A stretch of 43,977 nt of DNA. It comes from an uncultured Woeseiaceae bacterium (GTDB lineage: Bacteria; Pseudomonadota; Gammaproteobacteria; Steroidobacterales; Woeseiaceae). The notes beneath the pieces are model-generated. The model was not told the origin of the DNA. It ran no database searches and saw nothing but the letters and a program-made list of their open reading frames with translations. The DNA lies in NCBI GenBank assembly GCA_964522355.1, contig CAZFVT010000001.1, positions 1 to 43,977 on the forward strand, given 5' to 3'. The translations under genes were made by a program, and so were the position numbers. Shown here piece by piece: positions 8,085-16,609 of this stretch (position 1 is its first letter; every line of letters starts with the position of its first letter).

Positions 8085-10625
8085 TCAGTCGATCGTTATC
8101 GACACGTTGTCGATGTACATGTCCTGAGCGCAACCGACAACGTCACCGCAGGCTGCGATCCACTGAATCGTGATACCTCCGGACGCGTCAGGACCGGTTG
8201 TCACGTTGTAGGTGCGCGTCTCCCAGTTCGCGATGCTGGCGGTGATTGACTCAAGAAACTCGTTCGTTGGCGGGTTATTGCTGTCATTCTCGGTCAGAAA
8301 CTCGATGTTGAAAGCCGCGCCCGGCTGCGTGATCGTGCCGCGAACGTCAAAGCGGATGGTCAGGTCCTGATTGGCCTGCACGGTGCCGACAGCGATACGC
8401 TCGAACTTGGCGGTTGGCGCTGCTGGCGCCGGCCCCGAGCCCGAGTACGAGTTCACAAGGTTCAGCGAGTACGTCCCAGACGACGGGTTGTTGGTCGATA
8501 CCGCGATGGTTCCGTCGTTCGGGAAATTCGTCCAGCCACTCTCGTCACCGGTCTCGAGATCGCCGTTGGTAACCAGGTTTCCGCCCGGCGCCGGCGGAGT
8601 GCCGCCGCCGGAATCGTCCTCGATGAGGGTCACGTCATCAATATCGACCGTGCTGGCGACCGTGCCGAGGTCGAACAGTGCACGGCTCTCGGCAACGCCG
8701 ACGCCCGTGCCCGAGTTCAGTTCCAGCGTGTAGGTCTGCCATTCGGTGGTTATCGCCACGTCCTGCGTTACCGAAGTGAACGGTGCACCGCTGAGGCCAA
8801 TGCCCGCGACGATATTGCGGTCGACCGTCGCCCTGGCGCGGAACGTCAGGGTGTAGTCGGTCTCCGTCTCGATCGCGGCAACCTGGCTCAGATTGGTATC
8901 GAAGACGTTACCGCCGGCCGCGGTGTCGACACTATAGAAGTTGTTCGTCGCCACGCCTCCGGCGTTGTACCACGGTGCCTTGTCCATTGTGCTGGTCTGG
9001 AAGTCGCCGTTCGTAAGCAACTCTGCTCCTCCCCCGGCTGCCACGAAGGAAACGTCATCGATATTCACGGTGCTCGCTACGGTGCCAAGGTCGAACAGCA
9101 CGCGGCTCTCGACCGGACCAATGTCAGCGCCGGTGTTGACGTTAAGCGTATAGGTCTGCCACTCCGTGCCGATCGACACAACCTCGGTCACCGAGACGAA
9201 CGGCGCCCCGCTCTGCCCAATGCCCGCCACAATGTCGCGGGCGACTGACGCTTTCGCCCGGAAAGTCAGGACGTAATCCGTACTCGCAGTCATCGCTGCG
9301 ACCTGGCTAAGGTTGGTGTCGAACACATTGCCGCCATCGGCCGCGTCAACCGTATAGAAGTTGTTCACCACAACATCACCGGCGTTGTACCAAGGCGCCT
9401 TGTCGGTATCGCTATCCTCGAAGTCCCCGTTGCTCAGCAGCGAGGAAGGACCGGGACCCGGACCAGGCCCGGGGCCGGGACCTCCGCCGCCAGCGCCGAC
9501 GGCAAAATCGTCGAAGTAGTAGGTCTGCGCGCCCGCGGTGGCACCATCGGTCCCAAAGTTCGGGAAAATGGTGATCTTGTTGTAGACCGCGGCCGGATCG
9601 TAGGCCGGCGTGCCGGACGCCTGCATGGAGAAGTCGAATTCGAGCGTCTCCCAGGTATCCGCCATCGTCGTCAGGGCTTCGGTTTCGACCGCCACGTCCC
9701 CATCCAGGGCATTCTCGACTTTCAGCCGAATGGGAACGTTCATCCCCGGGCTGCGAACCCGGACATTCATCCGAGGATCGGAGTCGTCGAGCGGAATATC
9801 CGGTACCGCTTCGTTCGGGCCAAGGGAAACGACGGTGCCTGCGAACACTTCAGCAGAGTCTGAACGGTTGTGTCGAACGACTTGGTTTGCAGCATCGTCC
9901 GGATCCGCAACTATCGACGAATCGTCACCGCCAGCGAAGCCTCGAACGCTGTAGGTCAGATCAGGGTCATCGAAGGTTATCGTGCTCCAGGTTGGCGGCA
10001 GCACGGGCCCGCCTTCACATTCTTCGACCTGCAGAATGTCGTCGTAGAAGAACGTCCAGTTCATTGGGTCGGTGTCGGCCTGGCCCAGCGTGCCATCGTC
10101 AAAGATAAGCGTTAGCCCGGCGTTCGGAATGTCGTTCGTGCGGCCCGTAAAGTCGTAACAGAGCTCTTCCCATTCGCCGCTTCCACTGTGGCGGAGAACG
10201 TCCTCGACGTTTTGCTGATCGAGTTTGAAGGTCAGAGCAACCGAGCGCGGTGACCAGACCTTGATGGTGAACGCTGCGCCTTGCGAGAAGTCATACGGCG
10301 TCCCTGTGTCGAGTAGCGTTCCACCGAACACCTGGTCGGGAAATTTCTGCATCTGAGCAACAGTGTCACTCGGGTTCAGATCGTTTTGATCCGGGTTCGG
10401 AATGACGGTTGTCGCACCACCGTTGAAGTTGATGATGTTGACCGCATCGCAGAGGATCTCGAAGTTGATCGCGTCGCAGAAACCCGGCGGAATCGGCGGC
10501 AGTGGCGTTGCCGGTTCGTTGGGAATGGATACCGGCCCGTCACCCTGGCCGCAGGCGGCAAGGATCGAGAGGGCGGCTAAGGACGTCAGCGAGCGCTTCA
10601 GGCGCGAGATGGCTGGTGCGTGCAT
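8085..10625 (-). CDS. Non-catalytic multi-CBM surface glycan-binding lipoprotein candidate
   Basis: Start chosen at MHAPAISRLKRS (ATG 10623-10625, GAGAA upstream). Lipobox LSILAA-C. Two N-terminal CBM-like beta-sandwich modules are followed by a (GP)6 linker, two tandem 140-aa CBM4/9-like modules (NGDFE...W) and a third 164-aa module. No hydrolase motif was seen. Confidence 0.8.
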   Translation of the reverse strand: MHAPAISRLKRSLTSLAALSILAACGQGDGPVSIPNEPATPLPPIPPGFCDAINFEILCDAVNIINFNGGATTVIPNPDQNDLNPSDTVAQMQKFPDQVFGGTLLDTGTPYDFSQGAAFTIKVWSPRSVALTFKLDQQNVEDVLRHSGSGEWEELCYDFTGRTNDIPNAGLTLIFDDGTLGQADTDPMNWTFFYDDILQVEECEGGPVLPPTWSTITFDDPDLTYSVRGFAGGDDSSIVADPDDAANQVVRHNRSDSAEVFAGTVVSLGPNEAVPDIPLDDSDPRMNVRVRSPGMNVPIRLKVENALDGDVAVETEALTTMADTWETLEFDFSMQASGTPAYDPAAVYNKITIFPNFGTDGATAGAQTYYFDDFAVGAGGGGPGPGPGPGPGPSSLLSNGDFEDSDTDKAPWYNAGDVVVNNFYTVDAADGGNVFDTNLSQVAAMTASTDYVLTFRAKASVARDIVAGIGQSGAPFVSVTEVVSIGTEWQTYTLNVNTGADIGPVESRVLFDLGTVASTVNIDDVSFVAAGGGAELLTNGDFQTSTMDKAPWYNAGGVATNNFYSVDTAAGGNVFDTNLSQVAAIETETDYTLTFRARATVDRNIVAGIGLSGAPFTSVTQDVAITTEWQTYTLELNSGTGVGVAESRALFDLGTVASTVDIDDVTLIEDDSGGGTPPAPGGNLVTNGDLETGDESGWTNFPNDGTIAVSTNNPSSGTYSLNLVNSYSGSGPAPAAPTAKFERIAVGTVQANQDLTIRFDVRGTITQPGAAFNIEFLTENDSNNPPTNEFLESITASIANWETRTYNVTTGPDASGGITIQWIAACGDVVGCAQDMYIDNVSITID
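8607..9446 (-). repeat. In-frame tandem duplication of a 420-nt (140-aa) CBM-like module
   Basis: The Phe codon of NGDF(E/Q) is at 9420-9422 in unit 1 and 9000-9002 in unit 2, exactly 420 nt apart. Shared blocks include KAPWYNAG, NNFY-VD, GGNVFDTNLSQVAA, IVAGIG-SGAPF, TEWQTYTL and LFDLGTVASTV-IDDV. Confidence 0.85.
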
Positions 10626-10772
10626 GGTCGGATTCTCTAATTTGGTGTTTGAGTTTCTTGTGCGTCGTTCTGCGATGCCTGACTGAATTCCACCCTGCGG
10701 CGAAATCTGCCGCAGCACTCTGTTGGAAATCATCGATCCATCCCGACGATCTTCGGTTTCATGTTGCGGACA

Positions 10773-13307
10773 TCAATCGATCGTGATTGAAACGTTGTCG
10801 ACGAACATGTCTATTGAGCAGCCGTCGACATCACCACAGCCTGCGTTCATTTGCAGAGTCACGCTGGTTGCGTTCGGATCAGTCGTGATGTTGTAGGTTC
10901 GTGTTTCCCAGTCGGCGATGCTTTCAGTAATCGTTGCGAGAGTATCCGGAGGCGGAGCCGTTCCGGAGTCAACCTGCGTAAAGAGCAGTATGTTGAACGC
11001 CGCACCGGGCTGGTTGATTGTGCCGCGAACATCAATGGAAACCGTGATCGCCTGATTGCCTTCTATTACTCCCATGCCGACGTTTTCGTTTCTTGAGGTC
11101 GGAGACCCCGGCGCAGGTGCCGGCGAGCCTGCATAGGCAATGTTGTAGTTGAGCGAGTACATGCCGCTCGACGGGTTGTCGGTAGACACGCCGACAGTGC
11201 CGTCGCCCGCTCCGGTTACCCAACCGGTCGTGTCGCCGGTTTCCAGGTCGCCGTTAGTGACCAGGTTGCTGTCGCCTGCCCCGCCTTCGGTGGAGAAGTA
11301 CACGTCGTCGATATACACCGTGCCGAATGCCAGTGCGTCCATGCTGTCTTTCGGATTCCAGAAGCCGAGATTGGCCGCGGTATCGAAAGTCGTCGCCGGG
11401 AAATCGGCCAGCGGAATCGCATAGGTCGCCCAATTACCAGACATGACCGGCGTGTAGGCAGACAGCAGGACATTGGTGCCCGCCGCGCCGGCGCCCGGCG
11501 GTTCGATCTGCACGGTCAGGTCGCCGAAGTCGGCAATACCGGAGGTATCGATCGTGAAGTTCAAGGTGTCGTAGGCCGTCAGGTCCACGCTGCCGAAGCC
11601 AAGGAGAACGCCGCCGAAGGACGAGCCGCTGTCCTGGTAATCGACCTCGAGGACGACGCTGCCCTCAGGAGCAGGAACCGCCATGCTCATGGGGTTTGCA
11701 ACCGTATTGTTGCCGCCGAAATCGATGCTGTTGGTAAAGCCGGTCACGGTGATCGGCGCCTCGGTCATCGTTTCGGTGAATACGCCCGCAGTGCCTGGGC
11801 CGTGATCGGCGAAGAAGCCAGTGAAGCCGATGTCCGTTAGCAGATAGCTGAACGGCGCGCCCTGGTTACCCAGCGGTCCGATGAGGAAGCCGCTGTTGAC
11901 GGGCGTCGTGGCGATGAAATCAGACATCGGAATCTCGACTTGCAGCCAGCCGTCGCCGATATCAGTAGCGCCTTCGTAGGTAGTCAGGTCATAGACCACG
12001 CTGGTGTCGCCACCGTTGATGAACTTGACCTCCCATTCGTCGAGGTTCGCTTCGTCACCCTTGACCTTGAAGACCAGGTTTTCAAAGTTCTGAGCAAAGC
12101 CTTCGGCGTAACCATTAAAGGCGATGAAGCCGACATGAACGCCGGCGCCATAGCCTTCGCCGCTGGTTACCTGGATGGCCGGATTAAAGGCGTCATCCAT
12201 GGCGTAAGCGGTGTCAAATACCGCGCCGGAGCCGAAGTTATCGATGGCAGGCGGTGCCAGGTCTTCCTCAACGTCGGGATCCGTCGCGTAGACGACGCCT
12301 TCGGGCAGGATGTCGCCCGGGCGGCCGCCTGAGTAGACGCGAACATAGTCAACCTTCATCTCGGCCGGGAGGGCCAGGTCTGAATCCGGCTGGCCGGGGA
12401 ATTCACCGCCGACGGCCAGGTTCAGGAGAATGTGGAAGGGCTGGTCAAACGGTGCCGGGTACGGCGCTGCCGTAGAGAACCAGTTGTTCTGGACCGCGTA
12501 CAGCGTGTCGTTGAAGTACCAGCGGATCTCGTTCTCTTCCCACTCCACTGCGTACAGGTTGAAACCCGCGGTTACGTCTACCGAGGGCGTGAACTCCACG
12601 CTGGTGTTTTCCTGGTTGGGGAACTCGCCACCGTAGTAGATGGTGCCGAAAATGTTGTTGCCACCGCCCTTCGCGAACTCGGGCGGAACGTCCTGGCGTG
12701 GCACACCGCCCAGGTTGACGGCCTCCATGATGTCGATTTCGCCGGTTGCCGCCCAGCTGCCGTACGGGCTGTCCTGGGAAAGCATCCAGAATGCCGGCCA
12801 GAGGCCCTGGCCCGCCGGAAGCCGGATGCTGGCCTCAATTCGGCCGTACTTGAAGGCAAAACGGTCCTGCGTGTTCAACCTGGCAGAGGTGTAGTTAAAG
12901 CCGGCGATGCTCTCGCGCTGCGCGGTAATCGTGAGAATGCCGCCCTCGACGCTGGCGTTGTCAGGCAGGTAGTACTGCAGCTCGTTGTTGCCCCAGCCCG
13001 GCGGCAAGCCCTGCTCGTCGCCGTCGCCCGTAGCGAAGAACCACTTTTCCGGGTCAATGGAGTTGCCGTTGAACTCCTCGCTCCATACGAGCTCCGGTTC
13101 CTGGCCCATCATTACCGGGAAGGTCCGCGGAATCTCCAGCGTCGGATCGCTGATGTTCTGGTTGTTCTGCGGGATATCTGGCGTCGCGTCCGGAATCGGT
13201 GTTACCTGTGAAAACACCGGTTCGCGGCCGTTGTCGACACAGCCTAGCGTGAGTACGAGCGCGGAAATAGACAGCGCAACAGATGCGCGTCGTCGTAGAC
13301 GTAGCAT
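10773..13307 (-). CDS. GH16 endo-beta-1,3-glucanase (laminarinase) with three C-terminal CBM-like modules; probable lipoprotein
   Basis: Start chosen at MLRLRRRASV (ATG 13305-13307 with GGGGGGA upstream). The leader ends LTLG-C. Canonical GH16 catalytic motif TGEIDIME at 12723-12746, plus WPAFWML. The C-terminal 164 aa are paralogous to the end of the 8085-10625 protein. Confidence 0.92.
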   Translation of the reverse strand: MLRLRRRASVALSISALVLTLGCVDNGREPVFSQVTPIPDATPDIPQNNQNISDPTLEIPRTFPVMMGQEPELVWSEEFNGNSIDPEKWFFATGDGDEQGLPPGWGNNELQYYLPDNASVEGGILTITAQRESIAGFNYTSARLNTQDRFAFKYGRIEASIRLPAGQGLWPAFWMLSQDSPYGSWAATGEIDIMEAVNLGGVPRQDVPPEFAKGGGNNIFGTIYYGGEFPNQENTSVEFTPSVDVTAGFNLYAVEWEENEIRWYFNDTLYAVQNNWFSTAAPYPAPFDQPFHILLNLAVGGEFPGQPDSDLALPAEMKVDYVRVYSGGRPGDILPEGVVYATDPDVEEDLAPPAIDNFGSGAVFDTAYAMDDAFNPAIQVTSGEGYGAGVHVGFIAFNGYAEGFAQNFENLVFKVKGDEANLDEWEVKFINGGDTSVVYDLTTYEGATDIGDGWLQVEIPMSDFIATTPVNSGFLIGPLGNQGAPFSYLLTDIGFTGFFADHGPGTAGVFTETMTEAPITVTGFTNSIDFGGNNTVANPMSMAVPAPEGSVVLEVDYQDSGSSFGGVLLGFGSVDLTAYDTLNFTIDTSGIADFGDLTVQIEPPGAGAAGTNVLLSAYTPVMSGNWATYAIPLADFPATTFDTAANLGFWNPKDSMDALAFGTVYIDDVYFSTEGGAGDSNLVTNGDLETGDTTGWVTGAGDGTVGVSTDNPSSGMYSLNYNIAYAGSPAPAPGSPTSRNENVGMGVIEGNQAITVSIDVRGTINQPGAAFNILLFTQVDSGTAPPPDTLATITESIADWETRTYNITTDPNATSVTLQMNAGCGDVDGCSIDMFVDNVSITID

Positions 13308-13377
13308 TGAATCCCCCCAAATTGCACGAACAGAGAAGGTTCTGGGCCTTCTCGCTTTCGCTAGTGGTACCAAGTCA

Positions 13378-13391
13378 TGACAGCGTTGTCA
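13378..13391. promoter_or_regulatory. Operator-like palindrome TGACAGCGTTGTCA overlapping a minus-strand TTGACA box upstream of the GH16 operon
   Basis: 13 of 14 positions are palindromic. It lies about 70 nt upstream of the GH16 ATG. It is a near copy of the perfect palindrome at 14941-14954. On the minus strand it reads TTGACAACGCTGTCA. Confidence 0.5.
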
Positions 13392-13479
13392 ATAATTTTG
13401 GTTTTTCCGCGCCACGGGGTGAGGCCCCGGCGACGAATCGTCGGGGTCTCGAATTTGAGGTTTGGCGCTGGCCGACGGC

Positions 13480-13704
13480 TCAGGCGGTTCGACGCTGACC
13501 CGCGGTGAGGTATCGGGCGAGCAGGTCCTCGATTATCCAGGTAATGCGCGGCCGCTCCTGCTGCGGGTCTTTCCGCGCCTGGTCGAGGGCGTTGTTGATG
13601 GCGTCATCTGCGATAGCGGGTACAAAGGCGTACGAGTTCATCGCCGCCACTCCACGCAGGCTGAACGCATAAACGTTACGTGCCGGATTGGCTTTTGCAG
13701 ACAT
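13480..13704 (-). CDS. Small hypothetical protein (74 aa), possibly a ribbon-helix-helix-type DNA binder
   Basis: ATG at 13702-13704 preceded by GGAGAG at appropriate spacing. The C-terminal helix-like RITWIIEDLLARYL resembles RHH helix 2, but this is a weak resemblance only. Confidence 0.45.
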   Translation of the reverse strand: MSAKANPARNVYAFSLRGVAAMNSYAFVPAIADDAINNALDQARKDPQQERPRITWIIEDLLARYLTAGQRRTA

Positions 13705-13883
13705 GATTACTCTCCATAGTGAAATCGGCTCGGGGAGCCGGTCCATCCGTCGGCACCCTTGCCGACGCTGCAGATAGTGGGGATTTCACCCGTGCTTCAC
13801 AAAGGGAGAAAACTCATATCTCGGATGAGAAAATTTCACAGACCGGAGCAAAGCGTCGCTCTCAGGCGACATGACATAAGTGA

Positions 13884-14801
13884 CTACCTGCCCGCGGCCC
13901 GTGTCGGACTTTGCGGCTCAGCAAACCGCGCCAGTATCCAGTCGCGCAGGCCCGCGACGCGATCTGCGCTCTCGTCGGTGGCCTGCCAGACGAGGAAATA
14001 GCTCATGTCAGTAACGAGCGGCTCCTCGAAGAGGGGAACGATCGTCTTCTGGCGAAACCACTGCTCCGCAATGGGAATCGGCACCAGGGCGGCGCCAATG
14101 CCCTGCTCTGCGGCGCGCACGACGGCAATCATCGAATCCAGCCGTGTAGCCTTGCTGTCTTCGGGAAACTCGATGCCGGTCGCGACCGACCACTGGCTCC
14201 AGGCTTTGGGAAACGACTCGTGCACAATGATCGGGAAGCGGCTGTTAATGCGCTTCTCAGTCACTTTGAGAGATTTGCTGAAATCTCGGGATCCCGCCGG
14301 CATGAGCTTCAGCGGAAACAGCAGGCGCGATTCAACGTTCTTCGGTGGCGTCCGGAACAATCGGATGGAAAGGTCGGCGTCCGCGGGGTGACTTTCGGCA
14401 CTCTCATCGCTGGCGGACACATCGATGTCCAGATCCGGATTGGCGTCGGTGAACTCCCCCAACCGCGGCACGAAGAACTCGCTGGCGAAAAAAGGCTGCA
14501 CCGACACGCGTATCGAGCGACGCTTCGGCCCCTCGCGATAGTTGCTGACGACCCGATCCATCTGCTCGATCAGCGGACCCACTTCGGCATAGAGGGCCTG
14601 CCCGGTCGGCGTGAGCTTAAGCTCGCGAGCATGACGATCGAACAGGCGCTGCCCGAGCTCCTCCTCCAGGCTCTTGATCTGGTGGCTGACGGCAGACGGT
14701 GTGATGAACAGCGCATCACCGGCAGCACTGAAGCTCTCATGGCGCGCGGCGACGCAAAAGGTACGCAAGCCGCGGAGCGAAGTCGTTTGTCGTGTCTTCA
14801 T
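13884..14801 (-). CDS. LysR-family transcriptional regulator
   Basis: N-terminal wHTH LRTFCVAARHESFSAAGDALFITPSAVSHQIKSLEEELG and a C-terminal substrate-binding fold of typical length (305 aa). Divergent from the transporter gene. Confidence 0.9.
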   Translation of the reverse strand: MKTRQTTSLRGLRTFCVAARHESFSAAGDALFITPSAVSHQIKSLEEELGQRLFDRHARELKLTPTGQALYAEVGPLIEQMDRVVSNYREGPKRRSIRVSVQPFFASEFFVPRLGEFTDANPDLDIDVSASDESAESHPADADLSIRLFRTPPKNVESRLLFPLKLMPAGSRDFSKSLKVTEKRINSRFPIIVHESFPKAWSQWSVATGIEFPEDSKATRLDSMIAVVRAAEQGIGAALVPIPIAEQWFRQKTIVPLFEEPLVTDMSYFLVWQATDESADRVAGLRDWILARFAEPQSPTRAAGR

Positions 14802-14940
14802 CGCTGTCTTTCGGATCCGATTTAGCAGTCATCGCCGTGCAGACCGGCGCTTACACGCTCACCTTAAATGACGATGGTCTTAACCGCTGGACTCCCGCAC
14901 CCCGTCTCGTAGTGCGTTTCGATCATTATAGGCACATGTT

Positions 14941-14954
14941 TGACAGCGCTGTCA
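14941..14954. promoter_or_regulatory. Perfect 14-bp palindrome TGACAGCGCTGTCA overlapping a TTGACA -35-like box upstream of the GPH transporter
   Basis: Perfect dyad with a central CG. TTGACA is at 14940-14945. Candidate -10 elements (CAATAT or TATGAT) lie 17-20 nt downstream. The palindrome is 58 nt upstream of the ATG at 15012. Confidence 0.55.
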
Positions 14955-15011
14955 GGCTACCGCAATATGATTTGGCGGCGATCCGTCGCGGGGGGATAAG
15001 GCAAAACAATA

Positions 15012-16457
15012 ATGAGCGAAGGCACGCACTTCGAGACTGCTGCCGCCGATAGAATTCCGTTTCACCAGAAGCTGATCTACGGCCTCGGCGCATTCGTCAA
15101 TAACACGCTGGCTGCCGGCATCGGCAACATGATCATCGTTCTGAACCTCGGCCTCGGGATGAACCCGGCCCTCGTCGGCCTCCTGAGTTCCCTGCCGCGG
15201 CTGACCGATGCGATCACCGACCCGCTGATGGGTTACATCTCGGACAACACCCGCTCGCGCTGGGGACGTCGCCGGCCTTACATTTTCTTCGGCGCCATTA
15301 CCGTCGGCATTGTCTTCGCGTTGCTGTGGCAGCTGCCGCGCGGCATGAGCGAGTCCTTTTATTTCACCTACTTCCTGATCGGCTCGCTGATCTTCTTCCT
15401 CGCCTACACCGCCTTCGCCACCCCCTGGGTCGCGCTCGGCTACGAGATGACGCCCGACTACCACGAGCGCACTCGCCTCATGGGCGTGCAGAACTTTATC
15501 GGCAACATCGCTTACATGATTTCGCCGTACTTCCTGCCGTTCATGTATGCGCTCGGTACCTACTTCGATTCGGACGTGGTTACCGGCGCGGCGCGGCTCT
15601 CGATCATCATCGCCGTCGTGGTCATCGCGATGGGTATCCTGCCGGCAATCTTCCTGCGCGAACGCTTCAACGCGTCCGACGAAGAGGTGGACCCGAATGC
15701 GCCGAAGCGGACGCTGGGCGGCGAAATCATGAAGTTCCTGCGGGGCTTCGGCACGACGCTCAAGTTCAAGCCCTTCCTTAAACTGTGTATCGCGACGTTC
15801 CTGGTATTCAACGGCTTCATCATGATCGCCGCCTTCCAGTCGTACGTGATCATCTTCTACATCTTCGGCGGCGACCAGGCGGAAGGCGCCAACTGGGTCG
15901 GGCATTCCGGCCTCGTGCAGGCCATCTCGGGTTTCCTGGTCATCATCCTGATCACCTGGCTGGCAACCAAGATCGGCAAGCGCCGCGCTTTCTACGTTTC
16001 CACCGGCGTGTCGATGATCGGCTATGCGCTCAAATGGTTTTGCTACACGCCTGACAATCCGTGGCTGCTGCTGATTCCGGCACCGCTAATGGCCTTCGGT
16101 CTGGCCGGGCTCTTCACCCTGATGCCATCGATGGTTTGCGACGTCGTCGATGCCGACGAGCTCAATACCAACGAGCGACGTGAGGGCATGTACGGGTCCA
16201 TCTTCTGGTGGGTCGTGAAACTGGGGCAGGCCGCGGCATTTGCCGCCGGTGGTGTGCTGCTGAACCTGACGGGCTTCGATATTGATCTGGGCGGAAACCA
16301 GACGGCCGACGCCATCGTCAGGATGCGCCTGCTGGACGCGTTCGTGCCCTGCATCGCCTCCGCAATTGCTATCTGGGCCATCGCCAGCTACTCCATCACC
16401 GAGGAAAAGGCGCACGAAATGCGCCTCCAGCTCGAGGAGCGCCGCGGCGCAGCATAA
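15012..16457 (+). CDS. MFS glycoside-pentoside-hexuronide (GPH) family sugar:cation symporter
   Basis: GPH signature region LTDAITDPLMGYISDNTRSRWGRRRPYIFFG. About 12 hydrophobic segments. 481 aa. Confidence 0.9.
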   Translation: MSEGTHFETAAADRIPFHQKLIYGLGAFVNNTLAAGIGNMIIVLNLGLGMNPALVGLLSSLPRLTDAITDPLMGYISDNTRSRWGRRRPYIFFGAITVGIVFALLWQLPRGMSESFYFTYFLIGSLIFFLAYTAFATPWVALGYEMTPDYHERTRLMGVQNFIGNIAYMISPYFLPFMYALGTYFDSDVVTGAARLSIIIAVVVIAMGILPAIFLRERFNASDEEVDPNAPKRTLGGEIMKFLRGFGTTLKFKPFLKLCIATFLVFNGFIMIAAFQSYVIIFYIFGGDQAEGANWVGHSGLVQAISGFLVIILITWLATKIGKRRAFYVSTGVSMIGYALKWFCYTPDNPWLLLIPAPLMAFGLAGLFTLMPSMVCDVVDADELNTNERREGMYGSIFWWVVKLGQAAAFAAGGVLLNLTGFDIDLGGNQTADAIVRMRLLDAFVPCIASAIAIWAIASYSITEEKAHEMRLQLEERRGAA

Positions 16458-16609
16458 GCGGCCGGCCGACAGGCCTGCCGGGCGCAGAAGCGCGGCGGGC
16501 CTCCAAACTGACGGCAAATCCGCCTCGGGCGTTCTGTAAAACTGCGACCCGTGACCGGACGAGCCGGCCTCCAGATGTTGCAATACGGGACTGATTCCAG
16601 GACCCGTGC

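Noticed and set aside
9447-9482. Short GGN/CCN periodic repeat that could be mistaken for a microsatellite or CRISPR-like repeat
   Set aside because: It is in frame and encodes a (Gly-Pro)6 interdomain hinge inside the CBM lipoprotein. There is no spacer-repeat structure.
10695-10715. 7-bp hairpin CTGCGGC...GCCGCAG between the GH16 and CBM-protein genes as an internal terminator
   Set aside because: There is no downstream U-run on the minus strand. It is more likely an mRNA processing or stability element, or chance, so it was not called.
14802-14940. LysR T-N11-A box in the LysR/transporter intergenic region
   Set aside because: Only very short dyads were found (for example CAT-N9-ATG). 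Nothing is convincing enough to call.
14952-15905. 317-aa ORF antisense to the GPH transporter. Similar shadow ORFs occur at 20469-21722, 36919-38070, 13911-14825 and 24077-24868.
   Set aside because: All overlap genes with clear family signatures on the opposite strand. They have highly charged or Arg-rich compositions without motifs.
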